Part shown: positions 15,112-30,608 of the stretch, one piece after another
Position numbering within the stretch: the stretch's first letter is position 1
Layout of the letters: each line of letters starts with the position of its first letter
Assembly (NCBI GenBank): GCA_951406725.2
Contig: OX597816.1
Span: 79,794,001-79,858,000, forward strand
Source: Octopus vulgaris
Taxonomy: Eukaryota
Direction: 5' to 3'
Length of the DNA stretch: 64,000 bases
Notes under the pieces: generated by a model
Told to the model about the DNA's origin: nothing
The model's input: only the letters and a program-made list of their open reading frames with translations
Database searches by the model: none
Position numbers and translations under genes: made by a program

Positions 15112-15519
15112 TTTTACTCTTTTACTTGTTTCAGTCATTTGACTGCGGCCATGCTGGAGCACCGCCTTTAGTCGAGCAACTCGACCCCGGGATTTATTCT
15201 TTGTAAGCCCAGTACTTATTCTATCGGTCTCTTTTGCCGAACTGCTAAGTTACGGGGACATAAACACAACAGCATCGGTTGCCAAGCAATGCTAGGGGGA
15301 CAAACACAGACACACAAACATACACGCACACATATATAGATATATATACATATATACGACAGGTTTCTTTCAGCTTCCGTCTACCAAATCCACTCACAAG
15401 GCTTTGGTCGGCCCGAGGCTATAGTAGAAGACACTTGCCCAAGGTGCCACGCAGTGGGACTGAACCCGGAACCATGTGGTTGGTAAGCAAACTACTTTCT
15501 ACACAGCCACTCCTGCGCC
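15112..15519 (-). mobile_element. Full-length CORE-like SINE
   Basis: Reverse complement of the 60920-61339 family over its whole length. Confidence 0.9.
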
Positions 15520-16227
15520 TATATATGTATATATAGATTGTTTCCTATGGTTATTAAACTAATTCGCTTGCTTCAACTGTGGATACTCTAATGACTGCAT
15601 TTTCTGAAGGGCAGCAACAGCAGAGGATACAGGCACTCGAGTCAACAAAGAATCGTTGCTGATATCGGGAAACCTGTAACTACCGACTGCACTCTCGAGT
15701 GAGAAAACTAGGGAAGGAGTGGTATTTCATTACCTTAAATGCGCATGTTATCATGAGGTCCTCAATGAAAACCAACCCCGATGCTCATGATCCAACATAC
15801 ACATTCCATGAGAAGATACCTGTTCAACGAATGAATCTTAAGCTGGTGTTGTGGTTACGCATTTTTCAGCAATACCACCTTTGCTGCTAGGGACGTAGAT
15901 CCCAGATACAATGATGACTCAAAACGACTGGTGTCTCCTCTCTAAAGCAGGAGGCTGTCGAAAATCTATTCTCTCGGAAAGCCTCTTAACCTTTTTACTA
16001 CGGAAATCAGATATATCGAATCATAATTTCAATACCCTAAAATACAGACAGCAGTTTTTATTTTTAACAACAATCTTCTCTTTGTTGAGGAACGTCATGT
16101 TTGAAACTAAATTTTGCAGCGATATGTTGCTGTTATTGAGGCAACGTGATTTATAGAAAACACCACTCAAAACTGCATATGTGTGTGTGTATTATATATA
16201 CATACATACACACACACATATATATAT

Positions 16228-16280
<53 letters not shown>

Positions 16281-16505
16281 CATACACAAATGTATATATA
16301 TATTTATATATATATATATATGTATGTATGTATATATATATGTATATGTATATGTATATATATATGTATATGTATAACGGGAAGCTTTATGAAAATAGAC
16401 AAAAGACGAAGGCAGGTTTACGGAAATAAACAAAAGACGAAGGCAGGTGGAATACAAACAAACAATTGTATTAGTATGGCGCTCAGGAAATATAAATAAA
16501 ACAAG

Positions 16506-16543
16506 TCTTTAACGTTTCGAGCCTACGCTCTTCAACAGAAAGA
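16506..16543 (-). ncRNA. Variant minimal hammerhead-like motif (CUGUUGA core)
   Basis: Minus strand reads TCTTT-CTGTTGA-A-GAGC-GTAG-GCTC-GAAA-CG-TT-AAAGA. Stems pair but the core has one substitution. Confidence 0.5.
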
Positions 16544-16876
16544 TACACAGAGAAGAAACACAGAAAGAAGGAGAGAAAAAAAATGCGTGCAGAGGCTAGC
16601 GAATCAACATGATATATGTATATGTAATAATTATAAGTGCTATGAAAAACTATCTACCTACAAGACATAAAACGTAGAAATGCTAGAAATTATAATAAAA
16701 AGATAAGATAGATATACATGCATGCATACATATATGCATGCAACAAGACCGTTGCACCATAGCGTCACATCTTTCTGTCTCAACTTTAGAAAGTCAGAGA
16801 AATATATAAAACCGGTTAAGTTGTTAATAATTTCAAAATAAAAATCTAAGCTAATCCCATTGCATTTCAATACACA

Positions 16877-17000
<124 letters not shown>

Positions 17001-17601
17001 CGTATGTCTGTCCGTCCGTCTGTCTGTCTGTCTGTCCGTCTGTCTGTCTCTCTCTCTCTATATACACACACACACACACACATTTATATATATATATATA
17101 TATATATATGCATACATATATACATATATGCATATATTTATATATATGTACATATATATATTTATATATATATATATGGACGCATATATAATTATGTATT
17201 TATATATGGATATATGTATGCATATATATGCATGTGCGTGCGTGCGTGTGTGTGTGTGCGTTTGTGTGTGTACACGCGCGCGCGTTTATTACCTTTCACA
17301 ACATAGCATTTATCGCTTGAGAATGCACGTGTACACCTCATTGTAGTAGTTTGCTCTTCAACATGAACCCGATATATAAATCGCATATAAATGACATATA
17401 TGCGTTCTATAATGAAGTGGTGATGACAGAAGCCGCTCAGCTATGAAAAATATTACTCCCTAAATAGCGTATGTTATATTTCAAATAGGAAATTCATACC
17501 AGCAGGGGTGTCTGTACGTGTGAACGTGTTCGTGTGTGCTTTGTAAATGTGATTGAACTGACGCGCTAGCATTTGTGTGCGCGTGTTTGCGTGTGGATGA
17601 A

Positions 17602-17670
<69 letters not shown>

Positions 17671-17933
17671 ATGCGTGAATGTTTGTGCATGTGTGAGCGT
17701 GTAAGTGGCATTATATATCATATAGACATTAGACTTACTCGGCTCTTATTATGCATGTCTGAAGGCATGGTTGTATGTATTTATAATATGTATGTTTATA
17801 TACATCATACATGCACGCGCGCACACTCACACAACGATACACACAGATATATATTTATACATATTTAATTATTAATTATTACATTCACGTGTCTATATGC
17901 GTGGGCTTGTGCGTGTGCGTGTCTGTGCATGCA

Positions 17934-17969
<36 letters not shown>

Positions 17970-18136
17970 AGAGAGAGAGAGAGAGACAGAAAGAGAGACA
18001 GAGGCGAGAGAGACGTATCGTATAGAATGATTCCAGTTTTTACACAAATTCTACACAGTTATATTTATGAATAATTTGTTTGTACACTCACTCGGGCTAT
18101 GGATATATATAGGCGTGTATATGAATTTGCATGTAA

Positions 18137-18199
<63 letters not shown>

Positions 18200-19210
18200 T
18201 GTGTGTGTCTGTGTCTGTGTGTGTTTTACGAGGGGTTTCTTTCAGTTTCCATCTATCAAATCCACTCACAGGAAAGTAGCAAAAAACACTTAAGACACCT
18301 GGCCAAGGTGTCATGCAGTGGGATTGAAACTAGAACCACTAGGTTGAAACCATATGGTTCCGGTTTCCACACAGCCATATGCATGTATGTATGTATGTAT
18401 TTGTACAAGCGCATATTTAGCTAGTCATGTTATCATGTCAATAAATACTTTTCAATTATATGAAGAACCCTTCTACGCGCCGAAAGATTTCCCGAGAGCT
18501 CTCAATCAAAGGGGAAAGCATTTCATTGAGTGGGGTATTATATATGTATTGATGCAGATAGGAATAAAATGAAAAGACACTTGGCAATAACGTCGGTCGG
18601 GCGTCTTAGGTAAATGTGGGTGTATGTGGAGTGATAGAGATAAGCAGAGAGAGGAGGGAGATAAACAAAAAGAGAGGGGGAGGGAGAGAGAGAGAGAGTG
18701 AGAAAGATTGTAATTTCGCTGCTTAGCCATAAGTTAGACCATAAACCACTTGTTAGATCTCAGTATATTTATAATGCACAATATTGCTATGTTCAGGCAA
18801 TGGGTGGCGTGAATTCACTGACGTCCTTAGCTCTGGACTTGATTCAATATAAATTAATAAAAGAATGAATGACACAAGGACATTTGCAAGATAATAAATA
18901 TAATTATGTAACTCCTGTTCTTTTCATTCATGTATACATACATAAACACACACACACACATACTTATACATATGCACACATATATATATGTACACACACA
19001 CACACATATATACATACATAAACACACACACATTTATACATAGACATATATATATATATGTGTGTGTGTGGGTGTGCGTGTGTGTGTGTATATATTTATG
19101 TATATATATATATATGTATGTAGATATATACATATGTATGTTTGTATGTATCTATGAGCAATATTCAAAATAGGTTCAAAATGCGTTAAATCTCTCTCTA
19201 TATATATATA

Positions 19211-19349
19211 TATAAGGTTGTCCCAAAAGTTCGTAGAAAGTCTTGGAAAATAATGGTCTTTATTTTGAGGAATAATTTTTGTTGTTTTTGTTAGTGCTTG
19301 GCGAGTAAAAATTCAATTTTCGCAAGTGTTTACGAACTTTTGGGACAAC

Positions 19350-19355
<6 letters not shown>
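19211..19355. mobile_element. Mariner-type MITE in (TA)n
   Basis: TIRs AGGTTGTCCCAAAAGTTCGTA / TACGAACTTTTGGGACAACCT. Confidence 0.85.
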
Positions 19356-19416
<61 letters not shown>

Positions 19417-19789
19417 CGTAATTTAAACAAGTTTAACTTTTTAACTCAAAAGAAAATTGGTTTTATTCTATATATTTATATGTATGAGAATTAAAATACA
19501 AAATACGTTTTCACGGAATAAAGGTGTTCTATATTAACTGAAAATGCATTAAGTATATGTTTGACATATACAACACAAGTAAAAATGTAAGATAGAAAAA
19601 CAAAAGGAATCACATGTTACTACGTCTTTTGTGAGACTCAGTACTAATGCTGGTGCTAAATTTACGATAAATTCCTTTATCATTCGGGATTTTATGCTTT
19701 GCCTGGCTTCTTATTCAACCAGTAGGAATAAGCCGTCGGGCAAAGCTGACTAGATAAGCTGTCAAGTCACAATAAATTTTATATTATAT

Positions 19790-20013
19790 GCCTTTAGCAT
19801 TTAAACCGACTATATCAGGCCATATTTTTCTACCTGTTTCATGTTGAAACCAGCTACATCAGGTCTCTCTCACCTACTCTACAATGTCATTGTAAAAATA
19901 AACAGTGCCATCATCAAAATCTGGGAGCTACAACATAATTCATGCTTAATTCAAAATAATGTGAATGAATAAGTATTACATTTAAAAGAATAATTTGAAT
20001 ACTAAAGAGTTAA
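19790..20013. mobile_element. piggyBac-like MITE
   Basis: CCTTTAGCATTTAAA...TTTGAATACTAAAGAGTTAA, with a reversed homologue at 42514-42740. Confidence 0.6.
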
Positions 20014-20807
20014 TCTGCAAAAATCTACGTCCATAACATCAGCCACCGAATCCTGCCATACCATTTTTCAAGTTCATCTAAGATAATGAAACCAGAGACG
20101 GCATGGCTGATGCTGGAATGTTTTTCATTACAAATCTGATGGATTAAGGATAACCTGCTGTTTAAAAATCAAGCAAACAGCCTTGCAAATATACTTCAAC
20201 CAGTAATAGATACACACTGCATCAGAGATTGGGACGATGGAATTATAATGCATTAGGCATAAGCACAGATCTGCGTTGGATTGAACCTAATCTTTTGGTT
20301 GGTTGATTTGTAACAAGCAACTTTGCAAATCTCTAATATTCAGCCTCATATTACGAATAATTATACTATTGAGATGTTAGGAATAAAATACAAACTATCA
20401 AGTTCGAAATGAAATAGAGAACAGAGAATGAAAGGTAGAAAAGTTGGTTCCCTCTCAGATTCACACACTTATTGCAGCGGTCCTTCAATTTCTCTAAGCC
20501 CTGTAAAAGAACTCGGAAAGTTGAGCCTCTAGCCAGGCTTTTAGCGACACCCTTAAAACAAGGAACATTTCAGCTTCCCCACGTATCTATCTATCTATCT
20601 TTTTGAAATAATGAAATTCTCCCTTATATCGCATCGTAATATCTTAAAATGCAAAGACATATTCGATAATGTACTTCGAAATACACAGAAATAGAAGGTT
20701 AAAGAGAAAGAAAGAATAATGATGATCTGGAACGATATTGGTCGGAGTTGACCAAAGTAAGGGACATGAATAAGAGCAAAATCATCGTCATCATCAACGA
20801 CAACATT

Positions 20808-20865
<58 letters not shown>

Positions 20866-21125
20866 GCAAATATCAATAACAACACCAATAACAACAACAA
20901 CGCGTTTAAGTTAAATCAACTTGTACGTGTTGTTCTTTTACTTCACTCCCACTCCAGTTAGTTATCCATTTAACGAGGAACAACATTAATCTTTGAAGAA
21001 AACATTATGTTTAACAAATTTTTGGTACATATACTCTGGAAGCTAATCCAATAAAGATTTCTGAGGAATAAAGTCAGCTAGTATGAATGTTGTAAAGAAT
21101 TTGGACCAAAATACTATGTTGTGCG

Positions 21126-21160
<35 letters not shown>

Positions 21161-21344
21161 GTGGAGAGAAAGAGAGGGGATAGAGAGACAAACAGAGAGA
21201 GACAGACAGGATCGTTTTGGTTACCCGAACTGTTTGAATTAAGAATTAAATCACCCCCAAATGTCACCCTACCTTCTTAGAAAAGAAAGACATATACAAT
21301 AATGGGGTCTGTGGTGAAATGTGTTTGAGAAAAAGACATATACA

Positions 21345-21683
<339 letters not shown>

Positions 21684-22608
21684 GTCTGTCTGTCTGTTTA
21701 TCTATCTATCTACACACACACAGGAGCGCGCAATTAGGCTTAACATATGTAAATGTATGTATATATATATATATATATATGAACACACACACACACATAT
21801 ATAGATACACATGCATATTGACACAAATAACTAAATATATTCTGAAGATAAACACATATGTACAAGCATGTGGATATTTATATATTTATATATATCGACA
21901 TATAAATTTACTTTTAGATGCAGCATAAAAATACAGAAATCTAAGGGGAGAATGCATAGTTTTTTTTAACTCGACAGCTGTCTCTAGTTTCTTGGAATTA
22001 CGTAATAGTTGTAATGTTCATAATTACCAGATGGAATGTGCAAAAAGTCATGGATATGCAGCCTGTAGAAATATTACCATAATACCGGCTTCCTTCGTCA
22101 GGAGGGAAAAATCGTGGTGCGAGAGATTTAAATGACAAAGGACAATAAAAAACGTCCGACCTAGGCGTATGTCTGCTGAGTGAGACCATGTGGGAATTAA
22201 ATAATAAAATCACTGCCACCACAAGCAACAACAATAACAACGATTCCTGTTATATAAAATTTGGTCTCAGCCTAATCAGTCCCAGTGATGGCTGGTAGTT
22301 ATTTTATCGAGTGTGGTAAGCTGAAGGGTAAGATCGAATCCTAGTGACTAAACACATCACAGAATTTTTTGTCCGACACTCTGCTATCCAAAGAATGTAA
22401 GAAAGTTTTGAATAGCAAAGAAGACTTTAACAACAACAATAACGACAACAGCAACAACAACGACGACGACGACAAAAGCAATAAGAACAATAACAACAAC
22501 AAAAAGAACAACAATTGCTCTTATGTGTTTGTTGAAGTGAAAGAAGACGTGGTGATGAAGAATGTTTATTATTTGGAAACAATTCTTTTTCTTCTTCTTC
22601 TTCTTCTT

Positions 22609-22712
<104 letters not shown>

Positions 22713-22722
22713 CATCATTATT

Positions 22723-23213
22723 AAAAAAGGCTGTGAGTTTGACCCATCTGAAAGATTTGAAGACAGGCACATTTCTATCTGGTCAAGCCATCATCAATTT
22801 CTTCAAATAACATTTGAAGAGGAAGGTGAGGGTAGAGAGTGAGGTACTGCCTTCTAATGTATTTATCCAAAGATGGTCGACAGTGGCAAAACTGAATGGA
22901 TCTACTCTGAATAAGCTTTTCTAAGCAGGGCGAAAGAAACTGGAAGAGGGCATTTTCCCATGTCTTGGAGATGGCAGAGTAATCCGGGATTGTTGCGTGG
23001 GGTTTACCCCGGATTACCCAAAGTTGACTGTCCCACTGTTGGAGATTCTATTTATTTATTATTTATTTCTCTATTTTCTATTACATATCTTCTGTTATAA
23101 CCTCTAATGTGTCAGTATCTCCCCTTGATTGATGATAACCCCACATGTTTTTGTGCTGTAACTCACTCTTCGATATTGTCCTCTGTCTTGGGCCCTTGTG
23201 GCCAACAAAAGAA

Positions 23214-23214
<1 letters not shown>
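22723..23214 (+). mobile_element. 3' end of an L1/Tx1-like LINE flanked by (ATT)n
   Basis: LKDLKTGTFLSGQAIINFFK*HLKRKVRVESEVLPSNVFIQRW resembles an L1/Tx1 ORF2 C-terminus (recognised from memory). The 3' UTR has a GTAATCCGGG/CCCGGATTAC hairpin and ends CCCTTGTGGCCAACAAAAGAAA(TTA)n. Confidence 0.55.
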
Positions 23215-23288
<74 letters not shown>

Positions 23289-23313
23289 ATTATTATCATT
23301 ATTATCATTATTA

Positions 23314-23360
<47 letters not shown>

Positions 23361-23363
<3 letters not shown>

Positions 23364-23769
23364 TAGTTTTATTTTTATTTTTATAGCGTGCTTTCACTTC
23401 ACTACCGAGCGCAGCTCTGTGTGCCTTGGGTATGTGCTGTGATTTGTTGTGATGCTCTGATGGTTATTGTATGGAAAGTGTTCTGCGTAGGATGTGTGCA
23501 GTGCCTAGTAGTGCAATTTTCTGTATGTTATATGTGTTTGTAAGTCCTGGTGTTTTTGTTATGTATTTGTCTGAATATTTTTTTATCATGATAGGAATTG
23601 TTTCTGTTTTTACATTCCACATTCTGGTTACCTCTATTTCCAGGTCTTTGTATTTTGAGAGTTTCTCCATTTCTTTTAGAGACACGTTGTCATCTGCCGG
23701 TACTGATACATCAATTAGAAAGCATTTTTTTCTTCATGGTCTCTGACAACTATATCTGGTCTGTTGGCC

Positions 23770-23770
<1 letters not shown>
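23361..23770 (-). mobile_element. R4/Dong-like 3' end including RLE motifs
   Basis: ANRPDIVVRD..(frameshift)..LIDVSVPADDNVSLKEMEKLSKYKDLEIEVTRMW...LLGTAHILRRTLSIQ*. Same family as 3910-4160, embedded in (ATT)n. Confidence 0.85.
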
Positions 23771-23842
<72 letters not shown>

Positions 23843-23853
23843 CATCATTATTA

Positions 23854-23916
<63 letters not shown>

Positions 23917-24122
23917 GTTTTTTTTTCCTTATATTGTGCTTTCACATCACTACCGAGCGCAGCTCTGTGTGGCTGTGCTGTGTTTTGTTGTGATGCTCTG
24001 ATGGTTACTGTATTGAAAGTGTTTTGCGTAGGATGTGGGCAGTGCCCAGTAGTGCAATTTTCTGTATGTTATATGTGTCTGTAAGACCTAGTGTTTTTGT
24101 TATGTATTTGTCTGAATATTTT
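23917..24122 (-). mobile_element. R4/Dong-like 3' end (diverged copy)
   Basis: Homologous to about 3940-4140, flanked by (ATT)n. Confidence 0.8.
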
Positions 24123-24140
24123 TATTTTTATTTTTTATTA

Positions 24141-24228
<88 letters not shown>

Positions 24229-24295
24229 GAGTGAGAGAGCAGTGCATGCCATCAAAGTGACACTGGAATAAAATATTACAATTATTATTATTATT

Positions 24296-24561
24296 CAGTA
24301 GTTATATTTTTATAACGTGCTTTCACTTCACTACCGAGCGCAGCTCTGGGTGCCTTGAGTATGTGATGTGGTTAGCTGTGATGCTCTTATGGTTACTGTA
24401 TTGAAAGTGTTTTGTGTAGTATGTGTGTAGTGCCCAGTAGTGAAATTTTCTGTATGTTATAAATATTTGTAAGTCCTGGTGTTTTTGTTATGTATTTGTC
24501 TGAATATTTTTTTATCAGACCTAATGCGCCCACTATGAGAGGAATTGTCTCTCTTTTTAGA
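24296..24561 (-). mobile_element. R4/Dong-like 3' end
   Basis: LKRETIPLIVGALGLIKKYSDKYITKTPGLTNIYNIQKISLLGTTHILHKTLSIQ*, flanked by (ATT)n. Confidence 0.8.
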
Positions 24562-24573
24562 TTATTATTATTA

Positions 24574-24649
<76 letters not shown>

Positions 24650-24677
24650 TATTATTATTATTATCATTATTATTATG

Positions 24678-24727
<50 letters not shown>

Positions 24728-24733
24728 TATTAA

Positions 24734-24776
<43 letters not shown>

Positions 24777-24885
24777 GTAGCCTACGGTAACCAAGCAAAC
24801 TGTTCTTTTCAGCTATATAATACTTTCCTGGTTATTCTGTCTGTGCCAAGGAAGCAAACTTTTATAACATGTTCTACTGGGCACT

Positions 24886-24887
<2 letters not shown>
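24777..24887 (-). mobile_element. 3' end of a second R4/Dong-like family
   Basis: ECPVEHVIKVCFLGTDRITRKVLYS* resembles the RLE C-terminal 'QK..LLGTA.I.RKVL' helix. It ends in (TAA)n. Confidence 0.55.
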
Positions 24888-24925
<38 letters not shown>

Positions 24926-25363
24926 CGTTTTTGTTGTTGATGTTGTTGTAGCAGCCAACATTAACAGACCGCTGATGAGGCTGATTAACAAGATAATAAT
25001 GACAATAATGAGCAAGACCAATAAGGCAAAAAGCATGGCTGATGATGATGATGATGATTTTGATGATGATGGTGCTGCTGCTGACGATGATGATGATGAT
25101 GATGACGATGACGATGACGATGACGACGGTGAGGACGGTGATGAGGAGGTAACATGTAGGGAACATAAAACAACTCAATCTTGTTTATTGGAACGCTTGG
25201 ACAATGGCACATAAATAGACTATAAAGTTACATAAATAGAAGATGTATGATAAATTCCATAATACAAATAATGAAATGTTCGCATTATCTCGCAGTCGCG
25301 TGAAATACTTGAAATCATTGCCACCTAATATATTCGTATCGAAAATATAGAAATACGGTTACG

Positions 25364-25440
<77 letters not shown>

Positions 25441-25631
25441 TTGTGTTTGTGTGTGTTTGTGTGTATGTGTGTATGTATGTGTGTGTGTGTGTATTTATGT
25501 ATGTATAGACCTATGTTTGTGTGCGTGTATGTGTGTAGGTATGTATATATATATATGTATATATGTACATATGTATATATACATAGATACATATATCTTA
25601 TAAATATATACATATATATATAGATATACAT

Positions 25632-25696
<65 letters not shown>

Positions 25697-25778
25697 CATA
25701 CATGCAAGCATACAGAGAGTGAGAGAGCCAAAGTGGAAGAGAAAAAGTGAACAGAGCGACAGACAGACAGATAGATAA

Positions 25779-25844
<66 letters not shown>

Positions 25845-25866
25845 TGATAGATAGATAGATTGATAA

Positions 25867-25954
<88 letters not shown>

Positions 25955-26445
25955 AACGGTTGGGTGTTAGGTGGATAGTTTAGCGGATCTAGAGATGCGT
26001 TAACAACATTTAAATTAATAGCTAAGATTTTTATATAGATAATATTAACACTTATACATTTCGACGTAACATTTCAAGAGTTTCACTCACATATGTGTTT
26101 GTACGTATATGTGTATCTGTGTGTACGTGTGTGTACGTGTATGTATATGTATGTATGTGTGAGTGTGTCTGTGTATGTGTGCGTGTGTACGTATATGCAT
26201 AAACATATCTATTTTTTGTGTGTGAGTATGGATGTATATAAATAACGTTTATTGCTATTAGACCTAACAGTGACTACTTAGTCAACACTATACGCAAAGT
26301 ACTTTCATACATTATTAATATATAGCAGTATAACATTATTATATTAATAGCGGTTATATATATATATATATATATGTATATATTTGAAAAATGCATAAGT
26401 ATATATACATATCTGTATATATCTGTGTATGTATAACAGCGTGTG

Positions 26446-26519
<74 letters not shown>

Positions 26520-26597
26520 CATATATAGTACATATATATATATACATATATATACATACATACACAGACACAGACACAAACACAGACACACACACAC

Positions 26598-26637
<40 letters not shown>

Positions 26638-26905
26638 AATGTATGCAGATGTACATAACGATACATTTTACAAATGTAAATATATATATATATATATATA
26701 AATACACACACAAATATACAACTATATACAAACACGTGTAGATTTATATAGATGTAAATTGTTAGTAAAAATAAACCTATACATACATGAATGTATCTAT
26801 ACATATATGTGTATATATGCTTATATATATATATGCATATATATATGTATGCATACATATACATATATATGCATATATATATATATACATAGATAGATAT
26901 ACATA

Positions 26906-26941
<36 letters not shown>

Positions 26942-27278
26942 TGTATGTGTGCATGTATGTATGTATGTATATATATGAAGAGCGTTTATGGCTATTAGAT
27001 CTATCATCTGACTACTTATTCAGCGCTATTTGTAAAGAACTTTCATACGCTACAGTAATGCAATTACTGTTGTGTTGCATTTATATTACACTACTTGAGA
27101 AAATGTATTTAACACACAAGCACACACATGTGTATGAATGTATGCCAAACTCTATGTATATGAGTGTATGTGCTTCTATATACTACATATATGTGTGTGT
27201 ATATATATATATGCATATATTTATATGTATATATATATGTACATAGATATATGCATATATGTATATATATGTATATGT

Positions 27279-27310
<32 letters not shown>

Positions 27311-28024
27311 CTACATTATATATATACATACATATATACTCATATATATATATATATATATATGAATATATGTATATATATATGTATATATATATATATG
27401 TATATATATATATGTATATATATATATGTATATGTATATAAGCCCCACGCCAACCCAGGAAAAATATACATTATATATATATATGCACATAAATATGCGC
27501 GTATATATGTATACTTTTATAATAATGTTTTTATATAAATATATATTTATAAACATATACTCATGCATATAAACAGAATCAAATGTATGCGTATGTATAT
27601 ATGTGTGTGTGTGCGTGTGTGTATGTGTGTGTGTTTGTCATTTTATATGCTACTTTAGTGTATATACATTTTGAGGGTGACGTATCTATTTATAAATATA
27701 TAGATATCACAGTCGCTTACATATATAACTACACGCGTACGCATAAAAGTCACAAACGTACATAACTACACACGCACACATGCACTCGCACACTCACTCA
27801 CATATATGAGAATATACGTATTTATACATTTAATTATACTAGATATCGGTAAAAGTTTTAGGTATAATAAAGTGTGATTCACCCGCTAACATATGACGAT
27901 ATTCAATAAGAACAGAAGTGATATTTATGACAATGGAACAATTTATTTTCTAGACGTTACTAGAACACACTCGATTGTTAAAGAGTCACTTATGGCACCG
28001 GGAAAACAGGATGGAATCACTTAC

Positions 28025-28054
28025 CTGTATGAAATGCCTTCGGAAAATTTAAGA
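28025..28054 (-). CDS. Candidate 30-nt microexon of an unidentified host gene
   Basis: Minus strand CCCATTTTTCTCTTCCACTTTCTACACAG | TCTTAAATTTTCCGAAGGCATTTCATACAG | GTAAGT. Acceptor and donor match consensus, the length is divisible by 3 and two phases are open (LKFSEGISY or LNFPKAFHT). Confidence 0.5.
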
Positions 28055-28483
28055 CTGTGTAGAAAGTGGAAGAGAAAAATGGGAGAGGATATATTTTTCA
28101 TTGGAATCGAATATAGTTGTAACTGTTATTACTTTTACTAATATTACTCATTTTTAGTTCATTATAATTATTTATAACATTTTTACTTTCGTTTTCAACA
28201 TTTTCTGTCACCTTCTTTTTTTTTCTTTTGATTTTGGTCATATAAAAGATACATTATCAAATACAACAAACCACAAACCATTAAAATGTTTGTTAATTTT
28301 TACCTTGGGAAAGACAAAGACAAATGTGACTTGAAAGGGGGTTGTAAAGAAAAATTAGAACTTGCAAACATATATACATGCAAGCATCCATACAAGTACA
28401 TATATACATACATACATACATACATACATACATACATACATACATACATACATACATACATACATACATGCATACATGCATGC

Positions 28484-28515
<32 letters not shown>

Positions 28516-28579
28516 TACATACATATATATATATATATAAATAGATAGATATACATAGATATATATGTGTATATATAAT

Positions 28580-28625
<46 letters not shown>

Positions 28626-29625
28626 GTATATTATATATAAAGTTAGATTGATAAATATATATATATGGTGATATATTGATCGATATACATATAAATTCTC
28701 GGACACACACGCACACGCACAACTATGTAATGCATAAATATACAAATTAAGTGTACACACCCGTACACACATACACACACCCCTGTTCACTGTCCATAGA
28801 TTGAAAAGCGATAAAATAAAATGTAGTTATTATTGTAGAATGTTACATTAAGATATATGTGCAATCATACACCCGAACATAAAGATAGTCTTTCTTATAG
28901 ATCATTCCATACGTTATATTACATACACACATACATACGTACGTACGTACGAACATACATACATACATGCATACATACATACATACATACATACATACAT
29001 ACATACATACATACATACATACATACATGCATACATACACATACATACATACATACATACATACATACATACATACATACATACACACACACATACATAC
29101 ATACATACATACATACATACATACATACATACATACATACATACATACATACATACATACATACATACATACATACATACATACATACGTACGTACGAAC
29201 GTACGTACATTGGTAAAGGCATAACAGAAACCATGTAAGCTTTATGAAGAATACTCAACCTTCCTAGGATATGAACCTTTTTATACTTATGAGATAATGC
29301 AATGGAATAGACATTATAGTTTTGGACCTTCCTTTCAAATACCATAATTAAGGAACAATAAAGCAGAGACATCCACATTCAGTTATACATATGCATAAAT
29401 ACATACATATATTATTTTTTTACTGCCCACAAGGACCTACACACAAAGTGGACAAACAAGGACAGTCAAACGGATTAAGTCGATTATATCGTCCCCAGTG
29501 TGTAACTGGTACTTATTTAATCGACCCCGAAAGGATGAAAAGCAAAGTCAAATACATATTTATATAAATACAAACATATATACATACACACACACACATA
29601 TAATATATATATATATACCCGCATA

Positions 29626-29673
<48 letters not shown>

Positions 29674-29855
29674 TATACAATCATATATATATATATAGAT
29701 ATATGTATATGTACATTTATTTGTATATATATGTTTATATATATACATACATATATATATATACATACGTATAATTGTATATATATATATATATATATAT
29801 ATGTGTATGTATGTATGTATGTATGTAAGTATACATATGTATACACACATACATG

Positions 29856-29886
<31 letters not shown>

Positions 29887-30331
29887 GTATACATACACAT
29901 GCATATTTATTTATTTATTTATGTACCTAACTATCTGAGTGTATGTATGTATTTACCTGTGTGTATGTATGCATGTATAAGTGTATTCTTTATTTCGCTT
30001 CGCATACGTTGGTTCAATCCATTGAATTACGGTCAGTTTTAGACATGCTATTAAAGTTATTTTATCAGTCATATCAACTGTAGTAAACGGTCATTTAATA
30101 TATTGTTTTCTATTTATTTCACATCTATATCCACTCGCATGACTTTATATAATTTTAAGAAGTTACATACTAGTAGGCATATAAATACAACAAAATAACT
30201 ATAATTGTATACACAAACTCTCATACATATATATTTATACATGGCGTTACGTTTGAGGATGTGTTATCTGCTGGTAATTATGCATCTATGCATGTATTTA
30301 TGAATGTATGTATATGTGTGTATCTAAGTAT

Positions 30332-30421
<90 letters not shown>

Positions 30422-30577
30422 ATACATATACACACACATACAATTTTTTATGTATGTATCTATACTTGTATGCATTCAGTTAGTTATGTAAGTATATATG
30501 TTGATGGGAAATTAAGTACGTTAGTGCCTATGTATGTTTAATGCGTATATGCATGTATGTATGTGTATGTATGCATG

Positions 30578-30608
<31 letters not shown>

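Noticed and set aside
15540-16140. Non-repetitive, moderately GC-rich segment as coding sequence
   Set aside because: No recognisable peptide or splice pair. It may be an old transposon fragment that I cannot classify.
27893-28141. 82-aa plus-strand ORF as a gene
   Set aside because: No recognisable domain. The region is better explained by the minus-strand microexon signals.
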